Below are positions 1 to 7,415 of a stretch of 26,777 bases of DNA, piece by piece; position 1 is the first letter of the stretch; each line of letters begins with the position of its first letter. The position numbers and the translations under genes are program-made. The notes under the pieces are model-generated. The model searched no databases and had not been told where the DNA came from. It worked only from the letters and a program-made list of their open reading frames with translations. Source of the stretch: a virus (taxonomy: Duplodnaviria; Caudoviricetes); IMG/VR virus record IMGVR_UViG_3300029825_000757, positions 1 through 26,777 of that record, one strand, 5' to 3'.

Positions 1-45
1 CTACTTTTCAACCCTTGACATCAATACTACTGTCTCCACATGGGT
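1..45 (-). pseudogene. rlmD: 3'-terminal fragment of 23S rRNA m5U methyltransferase RlmD/RumA (THVETVVLMSRVEK*), part of the att site
   Basis: Minus strand reads ACC CAT GTG GAG ACA GTA GTA TTG ATG TCA AGG GTT GAA AAG TAG, the typical RlmD/RumA C-terminus that follows DMFPxT. The rumA 3' end is a known target of serine-recombinase elements in Firmicutes. Confidence 0.85.
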
Positions 46-66
46 CGAGTTGATGTAATTGATGTC
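17..66. repeat. Large serine recombinase attachment site (attR or attP-like), 50-bp imperfect palindrome
   Basis: Perfect outer inverted repeat GACATCAAT (17-25) / ATTGATGTC (58-66) plus inner CTCnAC symmetry; 15 of 24 arm positions are symmetric around dinucleotide 41-42, which is the CA of the His codon in THVET. Confidence 0.75.
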
Positions 67-85
67 TAAAGGTGGTTTTTGTACT

Positions 86-162
86 TGACGTACGAGGAAA
101 CATATCAATAGGTTTTTCGCTGCTTTTTCGGAAACCGTAGTATGAGGAAACATGTCAAATAC
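86..162 (-). repeat. Two direct repeats, 50 bp apart, resembling the rlmD attB left arm (PIDMFPRTS and VFDMFPHTT)
   Basis: TTGATATGTTTCCTCGTAC (90-108) versus TTGACATGTTTCCTCATAC (140-158), 17/19 identical. Both translate to the RlmD DMFPxT motif. Confidence 0.75.
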
Positions 163-2113
163 CAAAAACATCTTTTCTAAGTAATTTATAAGTATTAGTT
201 TCTGGTTTTACCAATGGGGCCATTGCATCACGTAAAAAAGTTGCTTTTGTATTTCCACATTGAGTTAATCGTAGAACTTTCCTAGTCTCAGTATAAAATG
301 TACCAGCTGCGGACTTCAAGTCATCTGTAGGATTTCCCCTCGCAATAGATTCATTTAATGCTTTAACTTTGATTGCTTTAATTTCATCAGTTTTTTCTTG
401 TTGATCACAAACCCAGCATAACTTCTCAATTATCTCATCTTCAAGTAAATAAGACTCGAGTTCACGTAACGATAGCACTGTGATTCCTTGTTTTTTTAGT
501 TCTTTAATCTCTTCCAGACTCCTATCATCCCTATCTATTAGTTTAATTATTGTATGATAGGGGTTCACTTTTTCTATCACGTCAAATAGCAATTTCTCTT
601 TTTCCTCAATATCTTTACAGCCGCCAACCGAACAGAACACTGCATTAGGGAATTCTTGTGAAAAGATATTTTTGTAACATAGCTCATCAAAGTTTGTATT
701 TCTTGCTCCTTCTGAACTGCCTTCGCAAAAAATTATGTAATTACCATCAGATACTCTTCTCATAACTGCACTACAAGATGATATATCCGACGTATTCTCT
801 TGAATTTTAAATGTAACTTGGTTATTTCCTTCTGCTAGTTTGATTGCTTCAAGGCACAAAATACTGATCATAACTGCCGGTCCATCTTCGATATACCAAC
901 ATCCAACCTCATTCTGTTGACTTAGAAGCCAATCTTTTGCTTTCTCAAGATACCTTTGATAACCTTCCGGTTTTAGCACACCTAAAGCAATCATAGCTAA
1001 ACAAGTAGAAAGGATATCGCCGCTAGTACGATTTGATGTAAGTGGCCATCCACCTGAGGTTAGTTGTGTTTGAAATAGCAACACTAAAGCTTGATCGAAA
1101 ATGCTAAGATTGATGTTTAATGGTTTTATGCGTTTCCAAGCAAAAGCAATCACACTTGCTATCGGTATGTAGTCGACAACAATTCTATTTATCCTTTTAT
1201 TTCCATCAGGTTCAGTGCAATACCGCTTCCATGGTTTTGAAACATCTACATTTCCTACGCATATTCCGTGCAACAACGCTTCTAAGCCAAATTTCGATGC
1301 TTTTCTAAGTAATAAGTCAGATCTGCAAAAAGAAAACAGCGTGAATCCTGAATGTACAGGGTCAATTCCCGATTGGTAAGTTTGCGATACTTCTTGTGTA
1401 TATCTATTAACCCAAGGGTCATATTCATTTAAATTGAACCACTCAACCGTTCTAAAGAAAGTCGCCGCTATAAAGTCTTCTTCCTCATCCCTTGCACGTA
1501 AGAAGTATTGGAAACGGTTAACCTCATTTAGCAAATCAGTAAGCTCAGGTAATGACAATTCCCGATCTCTTGCCTTTTCTATAATGTTATCTTCCCAATA
1601 ACGTAAATGGCCGTACTCTTCAAAGACTCTACAAATTGCACATCTCCAGCTTTCTCTAATCTCATCCGACGAAACAAGGGATTCTCCTTGGCTTTTAAAA
1701 TAAATAAGTGCTTCAAGATCAGCGTTGGTTCGGGCCTCAAGTGCGATAGGATACAACCATGCATGAGCTTTCTCTACCCCAGGTTGAACATAAATAAAGG
1801 CTTCATGAAACTTTTCGCTCACAGTAATTAACTCCGGAAAAAAAACACTGAATCCAACAAGACCCATTTGTAAATATTCTTCTTCCTCTACTAGCACATA
1901 TGGTAACCTGCGTTTTACTGCATCAAAATCAATAAACTCATTTAACTCATAGATTCGTGATTGTATCTTGTCAATGTCTTTTACAGAAGGAACACCTAAC
2001 CAACAAGAATTAATCCGCTCAGTTAATTGCCATATCTTAGAGATAGTTCTTGGAGTTGCTCGTGCAATAAAACGATTCATTCTAGATACATCTAATATAT
2101 TATTACTCATCAT
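155..2113 (-). CDS. Cargo protein: unknown N-terminus + prenyltransferase/squalene-cyclase (QW) repeats + C-terminal OLD-family-like TOPRIM domain; possible defence effector
   Basis: 652-aa ORF with RBS GAAAGGAG. QW motifs LLFQTQLTSGGW and KAKDWLLSQQNEVGCW; TOPRIM motifs IIFCEG, SVGG, LIDRD and RELESYL. Confidence 0.7.
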   Translation of the reverse strand: MMSNNILDVSRMNRFIARATPRTISKIWQLTERINSCWLGVPSVKDIDKIQSRIYELNEFIDFDAVKRRLPYVLVEEEEYLQMGLVGFSVFFPELITVSEKFHEAFIYVQPGVEKAHAWLYPIALEARTNADLEALIYFKSQGESLVSSDEIRESWRCAICRVFEEYGHLRYWEDNIIEKARDRELSLPELTDLLNEVNRFQYFLRARDEEEDFIAATFFRTVEWFNLNEYDPWVNRYTQEVSQTYQSGIDPVHSGFTLFSFCRSDLLLRKASKFGLEALLHGICVGNVDVSKPWKRYCTEPDGNKRINRIVVDYIPIASVIAFAWKRIKPLNINLSIFDQALVLLFQTQLTSGGWPLTSNRTSGDILSTCLAMIALGVLKPEGYQRYLEKAKDWLLSQQNEVGCWYIEDGPAVMISILCLEAIKLAEGNNQVTFKIQENTSDISSCSAVMRRVSDGNYIIFCEGSSEGARNTNFDELCYKNIFSQEFPNAVFCSVGGCKDIEEKEKLLFDVIEKVNPYHTIIKLIDRDDRSLEEIKELKKQGITVLSLRELESYLLEDEIIEKLCWVCDQQEKTDEIKAIKVKALNESIARGNPTDDLKSAAGTFYTETRKVLRLTQCGNTKATFLRDAMAPLVKPETNTYKLLRKDVFGI

Positions 2114-2339
2114 ATTTTAAATACGCTCCTTTCCAAAATTACAAGACAATTTTAGAAACCTCGATAAGAAAATTGTCATGAGTTCGTTCTAATATTCCTT
2201 TAGAGTTTGTTGATTGGCCCCCTACTCACTAATAAATAACAACATTCTCAATATTACTGTGTATACTTAACCAACTATAGTCAATTTTAGAGTAAAAAAA
2301 CGCCAACAAAGAGACATGTTTCCCAACCTGCCAATAAAG

Positions 2340-3911
2340 TTATATTTCTATATCAACTTCAACATCAGACTTAAACTCGACAACCAGTTTATCATCAAAT
2401 ACCGTTATCTTCTCAATAAGCCGCCTTACTAGTAAATCATCATATTCCTCAAGCTCATAAGACTGCTCATTCAAGAACTCTGTCATCTCAGCAATTCTTT
2501 GCCTTTTCCCTTCTCGCTCTGCATTTTCAGCTAATGTGTTTTGCTTCAATTCTCGTAGTCGGTAAATCTCATCTGCTACCTCTTTATAATCAGCTTTGGA
2601 ATTTGCCAGTCTAAGAAGCTCGTTTTGCAATTCATCCAATTTGGTATCAATATCATCGGTTGCTTTGTCATTTTCTTCATTAAGCACTGTAGCTATATTC
2701 TCCTGCAAAGTGGGAAGGAAAGTGTCCTTACTGCCCAACACCTCATTGATGGCTCTAACAACCACTGCTTGTAATACCTCTTCTTTAATCGTCGGCGATG
2801 TACACTCAGATCCTTTTTCTTCCAGACGGCTAACACATCGCCACACAATAGATTTACACCCCCGATTGTTCCAGTGCACCCGACGGTAAATTTCACCGCA
2901 CTGCCCACAAAACACAATACTCGATAAAGCATACTTGCTGCTATACACTCTCTTCTTTCCACCTTTACCTGAACGTAAATTTGCTCTTCTAACCACTTCT
3001 TCTTGTACCTGCATGAAAATTTCACGCGGGATAATTGGCTCATGGCTGTTTTCTACATAATACTGAGGGACAATTCCGTTATTGACCACTCTCTTCTTGG
3101 AAAGAAAATCAACGGTATATGTTTTTTGCAGTAAAGCGTCACCGATATACTTTTCATTCTGAAGTATCTTTTTGAGTGTCTCTGGTCTCCACCTAGGCTT
3201 GTTAGCTGCAGTAAGAATGCCGTCAGCTTCCAACCCACGACCTATTTGTAGAAGGCTTGCCCCTTCAAGATACTCTCGGTATATACGTTTTACTACCACT
3301 GCTTCTTCAGGCACAATAACCAGCTGTTTATTCTCATCTTTGGTATACCCTAAGAACCTCTTATGATTGACATGTACCTCCCCCTGCTGGTAACGGTATT
3401 GAATACCGAGCTTCACGTTTTGACTTAAGGATTGGCTTTCCTGTTGGGCTAAGGAGGCCATAATAGTCAGAAGAACTTCACCTTTAGAGTCCATTGTATT
3501 AATGTTCTCTTTTTCAAAGAACACAGGTATGTTTTTATCTTTAAGCTGCCTGATGTACTTCAAGCAATCCAGAGTATTTCGGGCAAAGCGGCTGATGGAC
3601 TTTGTAATGATCATGTCGATTTTACCCTTCATACACTCTTCAATCATCCGGTTAAACTCTTCACGCTTTTTGGTATTGGTTCCTGAGATTCCATCATCCG
3701 CAAAGATACCAGCTAGTTCCCATTCAGGGTTATTATTTATAAAGTTTGTGTAATGTTCAATTTGTACCTCATAGCTGGAAGCTTGTTCTTCGCTATCTGT
3801 AGAAACTCGGCAATATGCTGCTACTCTAAGCTTTTGCTTCTCTTCAGGCTTTACATTATTTCCAACACGAGCACGGGCAGGTATGACCTTAACATTTCTA
3901 TTAATCGCCAT
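2340..3911 (-). CDS. Large serine recombinase (resolvase + recombinase + Zn ribbon + coiled coil)
   Basis: VAAYCRVST catalytic motif, [22 protein letters not shown]...WRC zinc ribbon. Confidence 0.97.
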   Translation of the reverse strand: MAINRNVKVIPARARVGNNVKPEEKQKLRVAAYCRVSTDSEEQASSYEVQIEHYTNFINNNPEWELAGIFADDGISGTNTKKREEFNRMIEECMKGKIDMIITKSISRFARNTLDCLKYIRQLKDKNIPVFFEKENINTMDSKGEVLLTIMASLAQQESQSLSQNVKLGIQYRYQQGEVHVNHKRFLGYTKDENKQLVIVPEEAVVVKRIYREYLEGASLLQIGRGLEADGILTAANKPRWRPETLKKILQNEKYIGDALLQKTYTVDFLSKKRVVNNGIVPQYYVENSHEPIIPREIFMQVQEEVVRRANLRSGKGGKKRVYSSKYALSSIVFCGQCGEIYRRVHWNNRGCKSIVWRCVSRLEEKGSECTSPTIKEEVLQAVVVRAINEVLGSKDTFLPTLQENIATVLNEENDKATDDIDTKLDELQNELLRLANSKADYKEVADEIYRLRELKQNTLAENAEREGKRQRIAEMTEFLNEQSYELEEYDDLLVRRLIEKITVFDDKLVVEFKSDVEVDIEI

Positions 3912-4329
3912 TCTTTATCACCTCGCTTTCTATCAGACTATAAACATACTCTGCTTGTCTAAACGGATCGTCATAAAGCTGTTCAGGTGTCGGCATACTA
4001 AAACGGAACTGTTTGATGACATTTATTTTAGGAGAGGGCTTTTTGATTTTCCCAAGCATTTGCGCTCTTTTTAACTTTTCAGCTTGTACCTGCTCAAAAA
4101 TATCGTTGTCAATAATCTGAGGGTAGTAGTCATCACCAAGGTATCGTTTGTTGGTGAGCATCTTAGCCACAGTTGAGTGATAGCGCTTTATACCAGCTTT
4201 CTCAGCCGCATCTATTAGAGAAAGCCCTGAAAGATAAGCTTTATATAACTCTTTTAACTTCAATACCGCTGGCTGATCAATCACTGCTTTTCCATCTTGA
4301 ATCATATATCCATAAAGCACATGTTGCAT
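3901..4329 (-). CDS. Small recombinase-domain protein lacking the catalytic domain (middle gene of the triplet)
   Basis: YGY...[22 protein letters not shown] matches the recombinase DNA-binding domain; abuts or overlaps both neighbouring genes. Confidence 0.85.
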   Translation of the reverse strand: MQHVLYGYMIQDGKAVIDQPAVLKLKELYKAYLSGLSLIDAAEKAGIKRYHSTVAKMLTNKRYLGDDYYPQIIDNDIFEQVQAEKLKRAQMLGKIKKPSPKINVIKQFRFSMPTPEQLYDDPFRQAEYVYSLIESEVIKNGD

Positions 4330-5895
4330 TTATCTCTCCATCCTTTCCCTTAATGTAAGTCCACATTTCAAGCTAAAACCAATTTCAGCCGGTGAAAAGA
4401 CAATAATCCTCTCGACAAAACGCTCAAACATATCCTCATTAAAGCTTTCTATGTCCTCCGCTTTTGACACGTATTTAATGAGCTGGTTTAATTCAGCGGC
4501 TATGGTCATTCCACCGTTGATGCAGCGATATAGTGCAGTTTCTTGTTCTTTGAGTAGCTCAGCTTCCAGACGTAGTTCGTTGTTCTGCTTATTATAAAGA
4601 GCAGGGTCAAGATACCCTTTTACCATAAGATTAACAAGTACCTTAACCTGCTCTGTGTTTTCTTCTATCTTGGACTCTATGTCTTGAATTTTCACAAGGT
4701 TATCTGTATAATTTGTAGCTTTTAAACTTTGTAACAGCGGCCTTAAAATAAGTTTATGGCTAAAGATAAGTTTATTTATCATGGTTACAAAGGCTTGATG
4801 TATGTTATCTTCCCTGATATAAAGCATAGAGCATTCGTCAATGTTTGCGATGTGTTTAGAGCAACTCCACGCTATATATTTGTTGTTGCCCGATCCATAA
4901 ATCCTTCGTTTAAAGGTACTCCCACATTCGTAGCATTTAATCTTTCCGGAGAAAGGATAGCGGTTCGAATATTTACTACTACCTTTTTTTATACCCTTTT
5001 CTTTACGACGCTGCTTAATAACCTTGCTTACTGCCTCGAAATCTTCATGGCTTATAATCGCTTCATGATGATTTTCAATAAGGTATTGGTCTTTTTCACC
5101 CTTGTTCGTATGCCTAATAAAGTTTTCATCTGTGTAGGTTTTTTGCAGAAGCAAATCTCCGGTATACTTTTCATTCCCGAGAATGCTTCCGACAGTAGTA
5201 GAAGTCCACTGGCCACCTCTTTTTGTAGGAACTCCTTCAGCCTTTAATTCTTGAGCAATTCTCTGCGTTCCCTTTCCAGATAAAGCATCAGCAAAAATTC
5301 GCTTAACAACCTTTGCCTGCTCCTTATTTACAACTATCTGACCATTCACATAATCAAAGCCATAAGGCGGATATGAAAGCTTATAAGTCCCATTTTGAAA
5401 TCGTTTCTGAATAGACCACTTATTGTTTTCAGAAATCGAAATTGACTCGCTTTCAGCAAGGCTACTCAAAATAGTCAGCATTAGTTCGCTTTCCATGGAT
5501 TGCGTGTTAATGTTCTCTTTCTCAAAGTAAATGTAAACGCCAAGATCGTTTAGTTTTCTGACTAGTTCCAGACAGTCTGTTGTATTTCTAGCAAGTCTAC
5601 TGATCGATTTGGTAACTATAAAATCTATCTTTTTATTTTCACAATCAGAGATAAGTCGTAGGAGTTCTGTTCGATTTTCCTTTTTCGTACCAGAAATACC
5701 CTCATCATAATAAATACCTACAAACTCCCAATCTGGATTAGCTTTGATGTAAGATTCGTAATGAGTCTTTTGTGCCTCCAGACTGATAAGCTGCTCTGTA
5801 CTATCTGTAGAAACCCGGGCATAAGCTGCAACTCTTAGCTTTGGTCCTTTTGATGTAGGAATTTTACTTTTTGTTATCTTCGTCACCTTTCTCAC
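4330..5895 (-). CDS. Large serine recombinase (first of triplet)
   Basis: VAAYARVST, TKSISRLARN, NEKYTGD, CYECG...WSC. Start moved to GTG at 5895 (MRKVTKI), behind RBS AGGGAGGTG; GTG at 5898 is also possible. Confidence 0.95.
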   Translation of the reverse strand: MRKVTKITKSKIPTSKGPKLRVAAYARVSTDSTEQLISLEAQKTHYESYIKANPDWEFVGIYYDEGISGTKKENRTELLRLISDCENKKIDFIVTKSISRLARNTTDCLELVRKLNDLGVYIYFEKENINTQSMESELMLTILSSLAESESISISENNKWSIQKRFQNGTYKLSYPPYGFDYVNGQIVVNKEQAKVVKRIFADALSGKGTQRIAQELKAEGVPTKRGGQWTSTTVGSILGNEKYTGDLLLQKTYTDENFIRHTNKGEKDQYLIENHHEAIISHEDFEAVSKVIKQRRKEKGIKKGSSKYSNRYPFSGKIKCYECGSTFKRRIYGSGNNKYIAWSCSKHIANIDECSMLYIREDNIHQAFVTMINKLIFSHKLILRPLLQSLKATNYTDNLVKIQDIESKIEENTEQVKVLVNLMVKGYLDPALYNKQNNELRLEAELLKEQETALYRCINGGMTIAAELNQLIKYVSKAEDIESFNEDMFERFVERIIVFSPAEIGFSLKCGLTLRERMER

Positions 5896-5921
5896 CACGT
5901 TCACCTCCCTTCGGGTATGTG

Positions 5922-5953
5922 ACATATTACCCCCTTGTGCCCGGTATATCAAG
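5922..5953 (-). promoter_or_regulatory. Putative sigma-A promoter for the recombinase operon
   Basis: TTGATA-N17-TAATAT just upstream of the RBS; a degenerate relative of the motif at 13582 and 14832. Confidence 0.5.
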
Positions 5954-6179
5954 GATTATAGGGCATAATCTGTGCTAACATGGGCGAGAAAGATTTACGG
6001 TTTAAAAACATGATCTTGGTAAACTCTTCTTCTGAGATAAAACCCTTCTCAAGCATCTGGCGCAGTAAATTCTCCGCTCTATAATAGTCAAATTCGCGTT
6101 GAAGCACCTCTGGGTCTAAGGGTTTTCGTTTAGAAAATGTCTGCGATTCTGTTTTCTCTATAATTTTTGTTATCTGCAT
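5949..6179 (-). CDS. SHOCT-like small protein, possible recombination directionality factor
   Basis: MLEKGFISEEEF SHOCT-type motif; RBS GGAGGT; lies directly upstream of the recombinase triplet. The RDF role is inference only. Confidence 0.75.
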   Translation of the reverse strand: MQITKIIEKTESQTFSKRKPLDPEVLQREFDYYRAENLLRQMLEKGFISEEEFTKIMFLNRKSFSPMLAQIMPYNP

Positions 6180-6210
6180 ATAGGCTTACCTCCAATTCTA
6201 CAGGGAGACC

Positions 6211-6250
6211 CCTGCACCTATATGCAAAAAATCACTGGGAATCGAACCCC
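6211..6250 (-). promoter_or_regulatory. Element-specific bipartite motif, copy A (GGGGTTCGA-N10-TTTTTYGCWTATAGSTG)
   Basis: 28/40 ungapped identity with 24248-24287; both copies are intergenic and precede a hairpin and an RBS. Confidence 0.65.
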
Positions 6251-6256
6251 TAAATA

Positions 6257-6298
6257 AGCAAAAGACCCGAAGAGTTGTTACACTCCTCGGGTCATGCT
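6257..6298 (-). terminator. Intrinsic terminator after the holin
   Basis: GACCCGAGGAGT-GTAACA-ACTCTTCGGGTC stem-loop followed by TTTTGCTT. Confidence 0.75.
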
Positions 6299-6311
6299 TT
6301 AATACTAGATA

Positions 6312-6725
6312 TTAATTATTTTTGTCAGGCTCATCGGAACGTAACTGTTCAAGCACTTCTTTAAGCTTATCGGGGATGGGGAGTCCAATAGCCACGACAT
6401 TCTCTAATATGGATATTCCCTCATTACTCAAGTAAAAGAAAATGACGGCGGTCCGAATCGCATTACCGCCGCCCAGAACTTGACTGTCAATAATATGTCC
6501 GACACCCACAAGTGTAAAAATAAGTACTTTTTTAAAGATACCCCTAGCACCAGTTTCACTTGATAGTGCTTTTTCCATAACCGCACGCATTACCCCAGTA
6601 ATGTAGTCAATGATCACAAAAGCGATTAGAGCATATATAAATCCATCAAAACCACCTAAAAACCACCCCAGCCACCCGCCAATGGCGGCAAAAATTATCT
6701 GAAAGTGCTTCCATATATCTTGCAA
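6312..6725 (-). CDS. Phage holin family protein (Phage_holin_4-like)
   Basis: Three hydrophobic segments; IDYITGV, GIFKK and FYLSNEGISILEN...GLPIP motifs; TTG start. Confidence 0.92.
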   Translation of the reverse strand: MQDIWKHFQIIFAAIGGWLGWFLGGFDGFIYALIAFVIIDYITGVMRAVMEKALSSETGARGIFKKVLIFTLVGVGHIIDSQVLGGGNAIRTAVIFFYLSNEGISILENVVAIGLPIPDKLKEVLEQLRSDEPDKNN

Positions 6726-6967
6726 TCCCGATCCACCCCCGTTGTTTCAGGAACGCCAGCTATATAGCCGAGCGTTCCTTTAGTCAGAAAATCTTCTTCC
6801 ATTGGAATCCGAAAACTTGGACCCCGCTCTCCACTAAGGGCCACACCTAACCGCCATTGGCCATCTTCTAGGCTTCCTGACTTATATGCGAAATTAAACC
6901 CTCCCCCTTTAGAAAACTCAATTAAAACTGGCCCCAACGAGAACGAGGTTTCTACTGCTTTCCCCCC
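6695..6967 (-). CDS. Putative -1 frameshift extension of the upstream holin-like protein
   Basis: Frame is open 6967-6695 with no RBS before TTG 6937; the slippery heptamer G GGA AAG at 6958-6964 lies within the short overlap with the upstream ORF. Confidence 0.5.
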   Translation of the reverse strand, partial: GGKAVETSFSLGPVLIEFSKGGGFNFAYKSGSLEDGQWRLGVALSGERGPSFRIPMEEDFLTKGTLGYIAGVPETTGVDRDCKIYGSTFR

Positions 6968-7356
6968 TCAACACCTTGCATTCCATTGTTCAAATAGACA
7001 CAGGACTCAATCAGGCTAGATAGGTACCCTTCTAGATCAGCTGTGACCTCCTGTAACTCCTTAAGAGTTTCCTTGGTCAACCTTGCCTTGACAGCTTTTA
7101 ATACATCTGACTTAATCTGTTCTTTTTCTTCATCTTTTAATTTACCGCCGTTTCGTTCCTTTAGGCTATCAACAACTGTTTGTTGGGCTTCAAGAACAGC
7201 AGCCCGAACAACATTTTCAACAGAATTAATCACCCGATTCGCCACTTCATTCTTTGACCTCTGGCGCAAATAGTCTGCTGCAAAAGCTACAGCAGCGCTT
7301 ACTGCAATAGCCATTAAAGGCAAAACTAGCTTTGTTACTTCGACAAATAAATCCAT
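6952..7356 (-). CDS. Holin-like membrane protein (LL-H-like; single N-terminal TM helix)
   Basis: Hydrophobic LVLPLMAIAVSAAVAFAA followed by a helical domain with QTVVDSLK and LIESCV; RBS AGGAGG; lies in the lysis position. Confidence 0.65.
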   Translation of the reverse strand: MDLFVEVTKLVLPLMAIAVSAAVAFAADYLRQRSKNEVANRVINSVENVVRAAVLEAQQTVVDSLKERNGGKLKDEEKEQIKSDVLKAVKARLTKETLKELQEVTADLEGYLSSLIESCVYLNNGMQGVEGGKQ

Positions 7357-7376
7357 TCCTCGATCCTCCTCTCCAT

Positions 7377-7410
7377 AAAAAAAAGACTCTTTGCTCAGTG
7401 AGCAAGCGTC
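7377..7410 (-). terminator. Intrinsic terminator after the head closure gene
   Basis: GACGC-TTGCTC-ACT-GAGCAA-AGAGTC stem-loop followed by a T8 tract. Confidence 0.7.
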
Positions 7411-7415
7411 CCAAA

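Noticed and set aside
1-153. 50-codon ORF MFPHTT...THVETVVLMSRVEK
   Set aside because: A chimera of att-related rlmD fragments with no RBS; better explained as recombination-site sequence than as a gene.
86-162. 50-bp-period repeats as a mini CRISPR array
   Set aside because: Only two imperfect copies, they encode an rlmD motif, and there are no cas genes or leader.
2294-2336. Strong terminator after the last recombinase
   Set aside because: A U-tract is present but the stem pairs poorly, so it was not called as a feature.
4756-5247. Plus-strand ORFs (e.g. 4756-5247, 10275-10643, 14323-14694, 22038-22586) and nested minus-strand ORFs (e.g. 21908-22447)
   Set aside because: Shadow frames of well-supported genes, with no recognisable motifs.
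6237-6250. GGGTTCGATTCCC as a tRNA T-arm or tRNA-derived att site
   Set aside because: No cloverleaf or acceptor stem around it; the second copy at 24270-24287 conserves the linear motif and its spacing to a second block, which fits a promoter better.
6952-7356. Tail assembly chaperone (because of the GGGAAAG site)
   Set aside because: The protein has an N-terminal TM helix and holin-like features, and there is no major tail or tape measure gene around it.
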